Shown here piece after piece: positions 1-12,808 of a stretch of 49,123 nt of DNA. The notes beneath the pieces are model-generated. The model searched no databases and was not told the origin of the DNA. It saw only the letters and a program-made list of their open reading frames with translations. The stretch covers positions 142,340-191,462 of the forward strand of contig PS015016.1 of the NCBI GenBank assembly GCA_048213135.1, written 5' to 3'. The translations under genes were made by a program, and so were the position numbers. The stretch is from Reclinomonas americana ATCC 50394 (lineage: Eukaryota). Every line of letters starts with the position of its first letter. The first letter of the stretch is position 1.

Positions 1-3000
1 CCTCGAAGCGCTCAATCGGCTGCTGGATGACAATCGGGAACTGTTCATTCCCGACACGCAGGAGATTGTCCGTCCGCATCCCCAGTTCATGCTGTTTGCC
101 ACCCAAAACCCACCAGGCTTGTACGGTGGTCGAAAGGTGTGTGGCCTGTGGAGCTTCGTTCGTTTGTGCATGTGTGGTGCTGATATTCTTGAGGCACGCA
201 CCGCAGACTCTGTCACGAGCCTTCCGCAATCGCTTCCTGGAGATCCACGTGGATGACATCCCAACAGATGAGCTGGAGACCATCTTGCATCAGCGCTGCC
301 TCATTCCCATGTCGTACGCCAAGAAGCTCGTGGAGGTGCGTCGTGACACGAGTAGGAGGGAGATCAGGAGCACCGTGAGGTAACATGCGGTTGTAACGTG
401 CGCAGGTGATGAAGGAGTTGCAGAAGCGTCGCCAGGGCAGTCAGGTGTTTGCCGGACGGCATGGTTACATCACTCCGCGTGACCTGTTCCGCTGGGCCGA
501 ACGTCGCTCTGCGTCCTACGATGCATTGGCACGCGAGGGCTACTGCATTCTGGCGGAACGGCTGCGTAAGGACGACGAGAAGGAGACTGTGAAAGTGTGT
601 GACTGATTGTGTGTGTGACCGATGATGTAGTCTGAGCTCACCGACTCTTGTTGCCTCGTGCAGATGGTCATTGAGCAAGTGCTGCGCGTCAAGCTTGATG
701 TCGACAAGATGTATTCGTGCGAAGACAACACCATGTTTGATGTGCTGGAGGAGAAGCTTCGATTGCATCCCAGTGGCGGTGCGTGCATCTGTCACCAGCA
801 CACTTGTGCTTGAAGATCGGTGAGACTGAAGAAAACTTGTGTGCACTGCAGGTCTTCGCGGAATCGTGTGGACCAAGTCGATGAAGCGTCTCTTTTCGCT
901 GGTCGGCACTTGCTTGAAACATAAGGTGTGTTCTCCGTGGTCTCTGCTTGCTTCACGCTGCAGCCGTGTATTGACATGACCGCTGCAGGAACCCGTACTG
1001 CTGGTTGGCGAAACCGGGTGCGGCAAGACCACTGTGTGCCAGCTGTACTCGATCCTGTTGGACCAGCCGCTGCACATTGTCAACTGTCACATGCACACGG
1101 AGACTGCCGATTTCCTCGGCGGGCTACGACCGGTGCGGCGGAGGGCGGCGATTGGAGCGGAACTTACCAGTGCCATTCGCTACTGTGTCGATCGGTGTGT
1201 TTGCGAGTAACCACTGAGTTTCGCTCCTTGCTTGCTTGCTCACGGTTACTGACTTCTCAGCAATGCCGCCGTGTTTGCCGACTGCGGAGTGAACTTGCCT
1301 CTTATCCACGACTCGCCTTCTGTGGACGCCACGCTGGAGGAGTTTGAGCGTTGCATGGCCAGCATCACGGAGGACATGGTGAGTGGTGTGATGTTGTAGG
1401 ACATGTTAGCACTCCTCACTGACGTACATGCAGCTGGTGTCGATTCCTGCACTGCGAACGCAGCTGGAGCACGTTCGGCGAGAGGCTGCACGCTACAAGG
1501 CTCTCTTCGCGTGGTACGATGGTCCCCTGGTGCAGGCCATGGTTCGCGGTGACATGTTGTTGGTCGACGAGATTTCCCTGGCCGAGGATGCTGTGCTGGA
1601 GCGCTTGAACAGTGTTCTCGATCCGAACCGCACAGTGCTTCTGTCGGAGAAGGGTGGCGCGGCGTTGTCAGAGGTACAGGCGCACTCGGACTTCCGCATA
1701 CTGGCCACCATGAACCCCGGCGGCGACTTTGGCAAGAAGGAGCTGTCGCCGGCGTTGCGCAGTCGCTTCACCGAAATCTACGTGCCGGCGTTTTCATTCC
1801 AGGAGGACTTTGCCGTCATCATTGCTGCTCGCCTATGCGATGTCGAGTTGGCACTCCTCGCACCGTGCATGGTGGCGTTTTTCGAGTGGTGCTGGAGTGA
1901 CGCTGCGCGTAATCACATTGTGTTGAGCATGCGTGACGCGGCTTCGTGGGTGGACTTTGCCAATCATGCGTTTGTGCGACTCGGCGCCACAAGACGAGAG
2001 TGCTTCCTACACGGCGCATTCGTTACGGTCTTGGACGGCATTGGTACGAGCAGCACCATGTCACGAACAACGATTCTGGCCACCCGCCGGCGCGCAGTGG
2101 CGCACCTGCTCGCCGTCTCGCAGTCGATCCCGCTCGGTGAGTCATTGCTTCCACCACCACCACCACCTCCTCTTCCTCCTAGAAGCAACATCTCATGCAT
2201 CAGCATACCACAGACGTTGATGGTCGTGATGCGTATTTGACGCAAGTCGACACGGAAGACGCCTTCTTGTCGCAGGTGTTGAGCAGCGACGGTACTCTGC
2301 GATCGGCTGTCACCGAGCGCACCACCTTTGGAGTGCAGCCATTCACACTGCCTCTCGGCCCGCACTCGGTGCCTGCTTCGTTGCACTACACGTTGGCGGC
2401 ACCCACCACCTCGGTGAATGTATTCCGCATTCTGCGCGCCCTGCAACTGCGCAAACCAGTGCTGCTGGAGGGAAGCCCAGGCGTGGGCAAGACAAGTCTT
2501 GTGCAAGCAATCGCTAATGCCTCGGGGCACCGTGTGGTTCGCATCAACTTGAGCGAGCAGACCGACGTGATGGATTTGCTGGGCTCTGATCTGCCAGCGG
2601 AGAGTTGAGTCCATTGCCGCAGCAGTAGCATTCGAATCCCTCGCCGACTGACATTGTTTGCCCAGGTGGACGTGGTGGCGATTTTGCGTGGTGCGATGGT
2701 GTGTTCCTGCGGGCACTGAAGAACGGCGACTGGATTCTGCTGGACGAATTGAACTTGGCGCCGCAGCCGGTGTTGGAGGGCCTCAATGCTGTGCTCGACC
2801 ATCGTGGAGAGGTGTTTATTCCGGAACTCAACCAGCGCTTCACTTGCCCGCCGTCGCTGCGCATTTTTGCGTGTCAGAACCCACTGCAGGTGCGCGTGCT
2901 TGCGTTTTGTGGATGGTAGTCATTCTCTGACTGATTTTCTGTCCATTGCAGGAGGGCGGCGGTCGCAAGGGCCTCCCCAAGTCATTCCTCAACCGTTTCA

Positions 3001-6000
3001 CCACCATTGCTGTCGAGGGACTCGACGAGGGCGATTTGCAGTTCATTGCGACAGTCATGTTCCCAGCCATTCCGCGACCGGTCCTCGACTCGATGATTCG
3101 CTTCAACTGGCTCATGCATCAGGTGCGCACGCAAGTCTGGTGTCGTTCATTGTCGTTCCATGAGTCCAGTTGTTCACGCTGCTGGTCCNNNNNNNNNNNN
3201 NNNNNNNNTACAAGTCGCGAGACGAGTAGCAGACAGGCACTCCGACTGTTGGTGTAGCGCTGCCAGAGTTGCCGCACGTGTGGCGCACATGCAGCTCGGC
3301 GTGCAATGTGCTCTTGCAACGACAACCACTCGACGCCACGTAGCGACAACTGGCCAGACCACCTGCATGTACGTATATGTGTGTGCGTGTGCGTTCACTC
3401 TCGAGTTAGCCATTGTGCAGGGAGTGTAGTGGGCGGTGGAAGCGAGTGCACGCAACTGGCCCTCGGCACCGACCGCGGACAGGATCTCGTCGAGCGTCTC
3501 GTCGACCCACTGTCGCAGTGGATGCTGCGCCACCGTGTGCAACAATGCAGCACCGCCGTCCAACTGCGAACCAAGACGAAAACACAAGAGGCAACGTGAG
3601 ACTCCGACACAGATGGAAGCAGTGGAAAAAAAAGCGACACGCAACAAGCACGCGGGTGAGCGAACTCGACGTGGCCAGCGTCGCGCTGTCCAACAACGCG
3701 GCACGGAGATTGGTTTCGCCAGTCGTGGCACACTCGACGGCAACGCGCATAGCGGCGGTGCTAATCAGCTGCCAGTCGGCTTCCGGCACGCAGGTGAGAG
3801 GCGCCACCGACCGCAGTGTGCGTGACACAGCAGACTCGGCCATCATGTCGTACAGACGACTCAACCACACTGGTTGCAGTCTCTCTTGCATGTGCGCGTC
3901 ACCAGCCTCCACAAAGAGAACTTCGTCGACGGCCTGCGACACCGCTGCCGAGAGACCAGGCTCGGGGGCGTAGATTGATGACGCTGCAAGGTTGGTCGCT
4001 TCGCGCAGACTGAACCCGTTGCCGACAGCCTCGGTAATCAACTGGACCAGGCGCACCAGCAAACGAGGACCGGCCGTGGAGCGCATGTAGTTTGGCATCA
4101 CTCGTCGCACCAGCAGTTCGTGTAGCCTGACACGAATGCACATGGAATGAGACAAATAGCAGTAAGAAAACACAATTTAACAGAGTCCTTACCGGATCAA
4201 GCGTGGCGCGAGTTGCATGTGGGCGACGCCATTCTGCTGCAGCAGCGCCAGCATGTCCACCGAGTTGGTGCTCGGCTCCAGCAGTGCAATCTCAATGCCG
4301 CGGTTGCGCATGGCACGAGATACCTCCCCATATCTCGGCTCAATGGTCATGAACAGGCGGAAATCGGGATGTGGACGGATGAGCACATTGTTGGAGACAC
4401 TGCGTGATAACAACAACCAATAAGTCATCGATCAACGCAAGCGATTGGTGAAACAAAAAAACAGACCTCTCGTTGCCCGACACACCGCCTCCTCCACGCT
4501 CGTTCACCACCAGCACGCCATTCGGTTCAAAGAGCGAATTGAGGCGATCGAGCACAGTAGGATTGCAGAGGTTGGCGTTCTCCAACACGACCCAGTCGNN
4601 NNNNNNNNNNNNNNNNNNTTCTGCGATGCCGTGGCGTGCTGTCTGCCACACTCTCCCCGGACCAGTGGTGAGTTTTTGCGCGCGCGCGTGTGCGTGTACC
4701 TATCTTCCATTTCACACCTCACACATGGACGCAACTGCAGGACTGTTTTCCACGCGGCATTCGACGCGTCGCTGGGTGCGGTAGCTCGTCTGCAGGAGTC
4801 TCTCTTTGGGCGTGCCGGACTCGACATGTCGCGAACTCGATTCCGCAAGCAACTGGGACAGCCGTCGCCGGCATCCTCAGCCGAGCTGCGCCAATGTGTC
4901 GCCGAGGTGTCGGCGTCCGAGGTGCAGTGGTGAGTTGTTCCCCCTTGCCCCACGACAACATTTCTTTTTTTTGTGGTTTGCGCCTCAACGCGCACCTGAT
5001 GCAGGAGCCAATCGGCACAAAGTGTTGACTTGGTGTTGCTGGAAGCGCAACTGGGCGACTCTGCTTTCCGCTCGCTGATGCTGCAGTCACTGGCCACGGC
5101 GCAAGTGCTGGCGCTCGACAAGTTCCGCGACGATTCGGCGGGCGAGGCGGTGCTGCGTGCTCTCCGCGACACTGTGCAGCGTGCTGCCGGGCGTTCGGCG
5201 GTGCAGTCTGTCGAGACACTGACGCCTTCTCGCCGTGCCGAAAGAATCAACGACGCGTGTTCGGCACTGCGGTCGCGGCTCTGTGCCCGTGCTCTGAACA
5301 TGCAGCAGCAAGCCGTGCTGCTTGCGCAGTTGCACTCGGCGGTGCTTCTCGATGCACTCGAGGACCGAAGCGCATCGTTGCCCGGCTCGGACGCGATGCT
5401 GCGCTCACGCATGGCCACTGTGTCGGCTGTGGTTGACGAGGCGTGCGAGCTGTCGACGCGCAACCCCGCCGAACTCGCATCGTTGCAAGTACTGCGGTGG
5501 CACGGCGAGCAACTGGCCGCAGTCAGCAGTGTGCGTGGCAAGTCGCTGAGTCACGCCGACTGGCTCACACTGCTGCTGCACGTGCGCCGTGCCTGGTTCG
5601 AGAACTACTGGGACCAGTCGCCGTCGTCAGAAACTGCTACGCAGGTTGGTGTTCTTATTCGTTGTCGACTACTACTACTTTGTGAACATGCACACTGACG
5701 ACGGAGATGATGTGCAGTTGTTGGTTGGCAATCGATTCGTGGACAAGCGATACAACGATGTGGGGCCGGGTTTCTCTCTACGGCTGGCTTTTGGTAGTCT
5801 TGCCACGTGGTTTACCACGCCGCTTCGCAACGTGGCGGCGGTGACTCGTGAATTTGGCGGCATGGCAACGAGCATCATGCGCTTCCGGTCGGCCGCCGCA
5901 AACCATGCCGCCTTTGCCGACATGCTCACCGCCACGACTCTGCTGGCCGAGGCACATCTGAGTATGCTCGGTGCCTGGAGCCCCAAGCAGCGCGCCAGTG

Positions 6001-9000
6001 TTGGTGAGTGTTCTCCTCTCTTCTCGCTGCACGCGCGGTCAGCTCCAGATTCGTTTACACGCACCCGCATGTGCAGGAATGGCGCACAGCACACTTGTGC
6101 GTGAGACCGGGACGGTGTACGGCACCCTGCTGCAATCGTTGCAGGGCAGCCAAGGAAATGGAGCCTCGTGCGAGGAGCTCGGCCAGTTGCTGCTCCGCGT
6201 TGTGGCGCAGCTGACAGACGTGGATGCGGGAGATGTTGATCGTGGAGCAATTGAGTTCGTCAGCACCATGATGAAGCGACACGTGGCTCCTGCTGTTGCC
6301 GCGCTGCGTTTGGCACTGTCGCTTGTCGCGCGCGCCAGCTCCACACCACGCGATGTCGCCTGGATGCAGATTCACATTGGTCGACTGTGGGCTCACACCG
6401 GCATGCTGCGCTTCCACATGCTGATTCCGTCGCATCCGGTGGATCCGCTGCGCAAGCGCGCTCTCCGCCTCTCACAGTTGGTGTCTGCTCGCGGCGAAGT
6501 CGCCGTGCTGGACCGTCTGCTCGGTGCCATCTCGCAGTTGGAGAATGGCACACTGTGGCACGCCGATGCAGACGAACTCGGCCGCACTTCGCACCTGCTG
6601 GCACAGCAAGTGGACGAGGTACAACGCAAGCTCGTCGTGCGTGGCGATGGCGCCTCGGTGCGCTTCCCCGATCTGTACCGCGACCTGCACCAGTTCGCGG
6701 CAGCCAACATGGATGCGAGTCGCTTCCACACGTTGCTGGAGGGCTTCCAGCAAGCCATGTCTGGCGCTGCTGGTTCGTGCCTCTCTTTGTTGTTTGTATC
6801 CTCGTTGCCACTTCTCATACCGTGGGGTCGACATGCACAGGCAGTGCGCCTCGTGCCGAAGAAGAGGTGTGGCAGGACAGCGTGTGGACCGGTTTGCGTC
6901 GCATTCAGGCGCGCTATCCGGAGTTCGGCGACATTGTGGAGCCTCTCTGCGCAGCTGTGCTGGATTGCAAGCATGGTGTGCGCATGGTGGCGTCAGCAGA
7001 TCGCGCCGTACACGCAGCGTCGGCATTGCTCCCGCTCGTCACTGTGCCGCTGATTAAGAGCGTCGAACACGGTTCGTTCGTGGTGATCTCTGCGTGAACT
7101 CTCGTGGTCAAGAAATCTTTATTAATGCTGGTGCCGCACAGATCGCTACGAGGCCATGCTTGCACTCGTGTCGGACCTGGTGGAGCGACGTGTTCATCTG
7201 GAAAATCTGAGCGTGTTCCCGTGGGCCTTTGTGCGTCTCACCGAGGTTGTGCGCGTCTTGCGTCGCTCCACGCTGTCGTGTCGGCGAACCGAAACCGAGG
7301 CTGTGTGCCGGCTGGTGCGTGTGTTTGCCGATGCTATTGAACACGTGGCCGGCACATACGAGGAGGAGGAACAACGTCGGCGTGATCAGCGACGAATGCA
7401 CGGAATGTTGGACGGACTCAAGGGCAAGCCTGAGGAAGAGAAGGAGAAGACCGCGGAGGAAATCGAACAGGAGGAGGTGAGTGTGCGCTGGCGATGTTGC
7501 CTTGGTGTGTCGTAAATCTCACGTTGTGGGTGGTGTGTCGCCCAGATTGCTGTGCATTTCCCGTCGTTCGAGGCCGAGTTCCAGCAGCTGCTGATCCCGC
7601 GCGAGGAGCGCGATGAAGACGATTCTGCGGCTGCTCGCTCGATGCCCGTTGAGCAGTTGGCAAGAAACGTGCGTCTGACGCTGACGCAGCTCGACGAGGC
7701 CCTGGCACAATTTGCTCGGCTCTTTGTGGCTCACTTCTCGGCACCGACCGAGTCGCCGCCACCGACAACTGTTGGTGAGTGGTGTGCTGCACTGCTGTGT
7801 GCAAACGACACTCATTTCTCGTTTCCGTGCAGCAGCAGCGGCGGCGGTGGACAAGCACGCGGATGCACTCGACGTGCGAGCGCTCACCGTGTTGCAGTTG
7901 TACGCGCGAGGAGACTATCTGTCTGTGTTCGCGCAGCTTGACGTGGAATCGCTGCGCCAGGTCGAAACGCGTGCCTCGCACATGTGCACCAATCTCGTCC
8001 ATCAGCTCACTCAGGCGCCGTCGACGCAAGTGGAGTCGTCTTCTTTTTCCGTCGATGGTGCGTTACAGATCACAGATGGTGGCGCTGCCAGCAGACCAAA
8101 CACAAAACTCATGCATCTTCTATTTGTTCCAGCCATGTACGACATTTACCGCGACTCGAACATTGCCGAGGCGAAGTTGGTCATTGAACCGCTGAACAAG
8201 CTCATGGATCGCATCCGTGAACTGCTGGCCGAGTATCCCGACAATGCTATTCTGCTCATGCTGGAGGATCTGTGTCGATGCGTCCTCGGGTCGCCACTCA
8301 ATGGACCTGTGATGCGTTTGGTGCACGGTGTGGAAACTCTGCTGACCAAGGCGCTGGAATGGTGTGTTTGTTGTCGCTGTTGTCTCTGCAGCTATCTCCT
8401 CGTCGTCGTCACTCAATGCTTGTGTGTTCGTGCATCAGGGAGTCGTACGCAGCCAAGCATGTGTCATTGGCCGCGCAACTGGATTCGCTGAGCAAGCTGG
8501 TTCTGCGTTGGCGTCGACTTGAGCTGCACTCGTGGCAAGGCTTGCTGCATCGCACCGAGAGGGAGCACGAGCGGCAGGCCCTCTTGTGGTGGAAGCGTCT
8601 GTTTGATGTGACGAACGCCGCCGGCGCCAGTAGCACAGCCGCTGCCAGCGTTGATGGCGGTGATGAGGAAATGCGGGACGACAGCGGTACCGCTGCCGCA
8701 GCTGCTGGCTCGGCTGGCCCTTCACGACTCATGTCGATGTTCCAGCTGGTGGAGGAGTTTATGCAGACCAGCACGGTGGGCCAGTTTGCCGTTCGTCTGC
8801 ACATGCTGCAGTCCATGTCGCAATACTTGCGACTGGCTCTCGATGGTACTGGTCAGCAGGACAGCGACTTGTCGACGGAGCTGCGGTCGAAGATCACAGT
8901 GCTCGACAATGTCGTCCAATTCTATCAGCTCTTTGCGCCCATTGTGGAGGAACACTTGCGGGTTCGTTTCCTCGCATTTTCTCTCTTCTATCATGAATGC

Positions 9001-11561
9001 GAGTTTCTCACCAACTTTGCGTGTTTGGATCATCTCCAGAATGCCCAGGCACCGCTGTCAAAGCAGGTGCGAGAGCAGGGTCAACTCGTGCGGTGGAACG
9101 ACTCGACGTACTACACACTGCGAAACAGCTCACAAAAGGCACACCGCATCCTCACCAAGCTGGCGCGCAAGTACAAGGAGACGCTGGTGACCGCTGTACG
9201 GCCATTCTACGAGTCGTACTCGCTGGCTGCACAATATGCCAAAGTGGAGGCAGTGGCTGTCGGCAAGCGGCGGTCACGACGTCGGCGGCAGACGGCGGCG
9301 GCGGCATCGGAAGACGTCATGGCGGCTGCGCAGCGTCGTGCGTACGAAAAAGCCGTGCTGGCAACGTTGTTCCGTGGTGGGCGTGTCGAACACCTGGGCG
9401 ACGCGCTCGCACGACTGTCTGGCCTCGGTGACATCCTCTCGCGTCTCCCCCAGTTCGTGGTGAAGGCGGCCAAGAAGTGCAACAAGCTTGTCACCACCGG
9501 TCAGCTGCGTGCCATTGCGGAGGCGTGTACGGAGACGGTGGACGATCTGGCCGTGAGCGTGATCACCAGGTTTGGGGCATATGTCTTTGTGTGCAGTTGT
9601 CCACGCCCGCGTTATTCTCATTNNNNNNNNNNNNNNNNNNNNNNNNNNNNNNNNNNNNNNNNNNNNNNNNNNNNNNNNNNNNNNNNNNNNNNNNNNNNNN
9701 NNNNNNNNNNNNNNNNNNNNNNNNNNNNNNNNNNNNNNNNNNNNNNNNNNNNNNNNNNNNNNNNNNNNNNNNNNNNNNNNNNNNNNNNNNNNNNNNNNNN
9801 NNNNNNNNNNNNNNNNNNNNNNNNNNNNNNNNNNNNNNNNNNNNNNNNNNNNNNNNNNNNNNNNNNNNNNNNNNNNNNNNNNNNNNNNNNNNNNNNNNNN
9901 NNTGCATCGGTGGCTGAGACTGCGCAGTCGGCAACAGCGGTGCGTGAGCTGCTCACGTCGCTGCGAGTAGCCTGCACATCGGCCGACGAGGAACTGGTCA
10001 CATCCTGCGCCTCCATGGGTCACTCCTGGGCGATTGTGTCGGAAGCTGGCCGATCAACGCTACTCGCCGTGTGCCATCGCTTGACTGCTTGCACGTTGTC
10101 GTTTGCGGCGTCGCTGGAGGGCGCCACTGTCGGCATCGAGTCGGCCGTGCGCGGCGCGCTGTCGCATCTCGTGCGCGGTGTCGAGCGATGTGCCGAACAA
10201 CTCCGTTCGACTCTCGAGTCTGAGTGTGAACCTGGTCGCGCAGCGGAGCAGGCGTTTGTCGCGCAGTGTCAGTTGCTGGCCGAGGCACTTCTTGTTGGCA
10301 TCCAGTCGGCCGAGAAGGTCGATCTGGCACTCCAGCAACAGCAGCAGGAGCAACAGAAGCAGCAGGCGACGCCTGCGGGCGATGTGGAGATGGCGGTCGA
10401 CGCAGAAGTCGGTGCTGCGGGTGCTGCTGCTGGTGGTGACGAAGAGAGCGATTCGGTGCAACAGGATGAGCGCAACATCCTCAGCAACACTGTCAGCAGC
10501 ACGCTGCAGTGGCTTTCCGCTTTGCGGTTGCCCCATGTTCTTACTTCTCTCCGTGGCGCATTGCATGCGCTGTCGGTGTGCGACAGCACCGATGCCGGTG
10601 GGCGGACTCGAATGACACTGCTGGTGGGCCTACTTCCATTGCTGGACTCGTATCGCTCGGTCCTGCTGCTGGCCATGTCGCAGTTTGTGGCGTTGCATCG
10701 GGCGCTTGGCAAACTGTCGCTGGTTCTATGCTCGCTATTCGGCACACTCTTTGTCGACGGCTACTGCGACGAACCGGAGACAGAAGACGGCGAAGGCGAG
10801 GGTGACGTCAAGGAGGCCTCGGGCATGGGCATTGGCGAGGGAGAGGGCGAGAAGGACGTGACGGATGAAGTCGAGGAGGAACTGATGTTTGGCAACGAGG
10901 GCCAGGAGAAGCCAGAGGAGAACGCCGGTCAGAAGCCGCTGGAGGAGCGTGGCGATGGCAAGGAGATGGCGCAGGACTTTGAGGGTGCGCTGTACGACAA
11001 GCCAAAGGACGAGGACAAGAAGGACCAGGATGATGGTGCGTGGGAGGTTGCGCATGTAGGCGCATGGATTGCTTGCTTGTGTGTGTTGACTGACGAGTTT
11101 CCTTTGTGTTTGTGTGCTTCAGCATCGTCGCAAGAGGACGATGAGGAGGAGCAGATGGACGAACAAATGGGCGACGTGGGCGAGACGGGCGAAGTGATTG
11201 ATGAGAAGCAGTGGGCAAGCGACGATGAAGAGGACGACCGAGAAGATGAAGAAGGTGACGATCCGACGCAGAATNNNNNNNNNNNNNNNNNNNNATTCCG
11301 GTGACTTCTGGTGGCGGCGGCGCGTCGTCGTCCACGGGAACCGCGGCGGCGGCTGCAGCCGCAGCAGCCTCGGTCGGCACGTCAATTCTCGACATCAAGA
11401 GCGTCTCCTTTGTCAACGGCCGCATGCGCATGGAGTCGTACATGGACACCTTCCCGTTCCCCTACTACATTGTGTTGCGCGACCTGGCCGCTCTGCCCGA
11501 AATCCTGGGCGACACCCTGTGTCAGTGGTTTGAGCTCATGCGCACCACGACGGTGGATTAA
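1..11561 (+). CDS. MDN1: Midasin/Rea1 AAA-ATPase, multi-exon, 5' partial, interrupted by assembly gaps
   Basis: Spliced exons give tandem AAA modules (LEALNRLLDDNRELFIP..FATQNPPGLYGGRK; PVLLVGETGCGKT; LLVDEISLAEDAVLERLNSVL; PVLLEGSPGVGKTSL; WILLDELNLA), a long linker, a D/E-rich segment (GMGIGEGEGEKDV) and the typical C-terminus SYMDTFPFPYYIVLRDLAALPEILGDTLCQWF; TAA at 11559-11561. Confidence 0.95.
3209..4598 (-). CDS. MDN1: Midasin sixth AAA module exons on an inverted contig
   Basis: Minus strand encodes DWVVLENANLCNPTVLDRLNSLFEPNG..PHPDFRLFMTIEPRYGEVSRAMRNRGIEI; bounded on both sides by 20-N gaps. Confidence 0.9.
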
Positions 11562-11633
11562 AGTTGTCCCACACTGTTGATCCTCTCTTGTTCTCGTTGT
11601 GGGAGCGCTTGTCGCGCAGTGCTTGTGTTCATC

Positions 11634-12632
11634 ATGCCGGTGAGCAGGGCAATACCCACCAAGCGCCACTCATGAGCACTGGCGGGTCTCACCCTTTGTT
11701 TGTCATCACACAGCTCTTTGCGCTCTACATCAAAGCCGATCTCGAGAATGTCGAGGAGTGCGTGCGCGTTTTTTTGTCTATGCGGTGAGTGCCGCACTTA
11801 TGCTCAAGTTCGCCTGCGCGCAGGTTGACTGCCGAGCCCAACATGACTTTCGGATTCACGATGGCATGCGGTGCATGTGGTGCTGGTTGCGTCACACACA
11901 CGCACACACACGCACTCTGTCGCCTTGCGCATTGCGGCGATCTGATGAGTGTTTTTTGCGGCACAGTGACGGAGAAGCCAGTGTATGTCACTGCTGGCGA
12001 GGAGGTGAAGCTGGAGGGTTCCCGCGGCACCGCCAATCTGGTTGTCAAGTGCAAGATGTGCGAGCGCTCAGGCAACGTGAACATCCAGAAGGACGCCTTT
12101 ACACCGTACGCCGATACCAAGTTGCGTACACGTGGCAAGCACGCATGTAGAAGAGAACAAGGGAGGTGCACTGCTTATTTTTTCCGCTCACCGCCCACAC
12201 CGTACAGTGCATCCGAGTTTGGACGCATTGTGGCCATGGAGGTAACCGTGTGTGGGGGTGAAGCTGCTCTGACTGGTAACTCACTCTTGTGAACACGCAT
12301 ACGACCCCCCCACTTCTTGCAGTTCCGCGGCTACGGTTGAGTTGTCTTTCGCTTTCCCGCGCTTGCCTGCGGTCTCCGTTCTGACCATGATACGCGTGCT
12401 GCAGCTCCCGAAGAGTTTCTGCCGGCCAACGGGTGGCATGGTATGCTTGCTCGATAGCGAGGGGTGCACGTGTGTCGTCGATCGCTCACCTCTGGCTGAC
12501 ACAGTGAAGACGCCATCTGGCAAGGAGTTCAGCGACGTGGATCTGTCGGAGAGGGACTGGTCCGAGTTCGACGACGAGCTCAGCGAGCCTGTTGGCATCT
12601 ACGGCTTCGAGAGCAAGTGGGAACGGGAGTGA
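11634..12632 (+). CDS. CZIB: CXXC-motif zinc-binding protein (DUF866/UPF0587, C1orf123-like), 8 exons
   Basis: Spliced product MPLFALYIKADLENV..FTMACGACG..EGSRGTANLVVKCKMCER..MEFRGY..SGKEFSDVDLSERDWSEFDDELSEPVGIY; two CxxC motifs. Confidence 0.92.
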
Positions 12633-12808
12633 GGCGACAGAGGAGGAGCGGCACAGCGCGGACCTCGCAACACAACACACATTACACATTGTTTTCATTT
12701 CTACTGCAAGCTGCTGCTATCTGGGGGGTGCTGGTGGTGTTTTCGGTTCCCTGCGCAGCAACTCGTGAGTTTGTGATGACGTGAAGCGGCAGTGTCTGCA
12801 CGGCAGAC

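Noticed and set aside
11275-11294. Midasin naturally lacking MIDAS
   Set aside because: The missing region coincides with an assembly gap and the terminal motif is intact.
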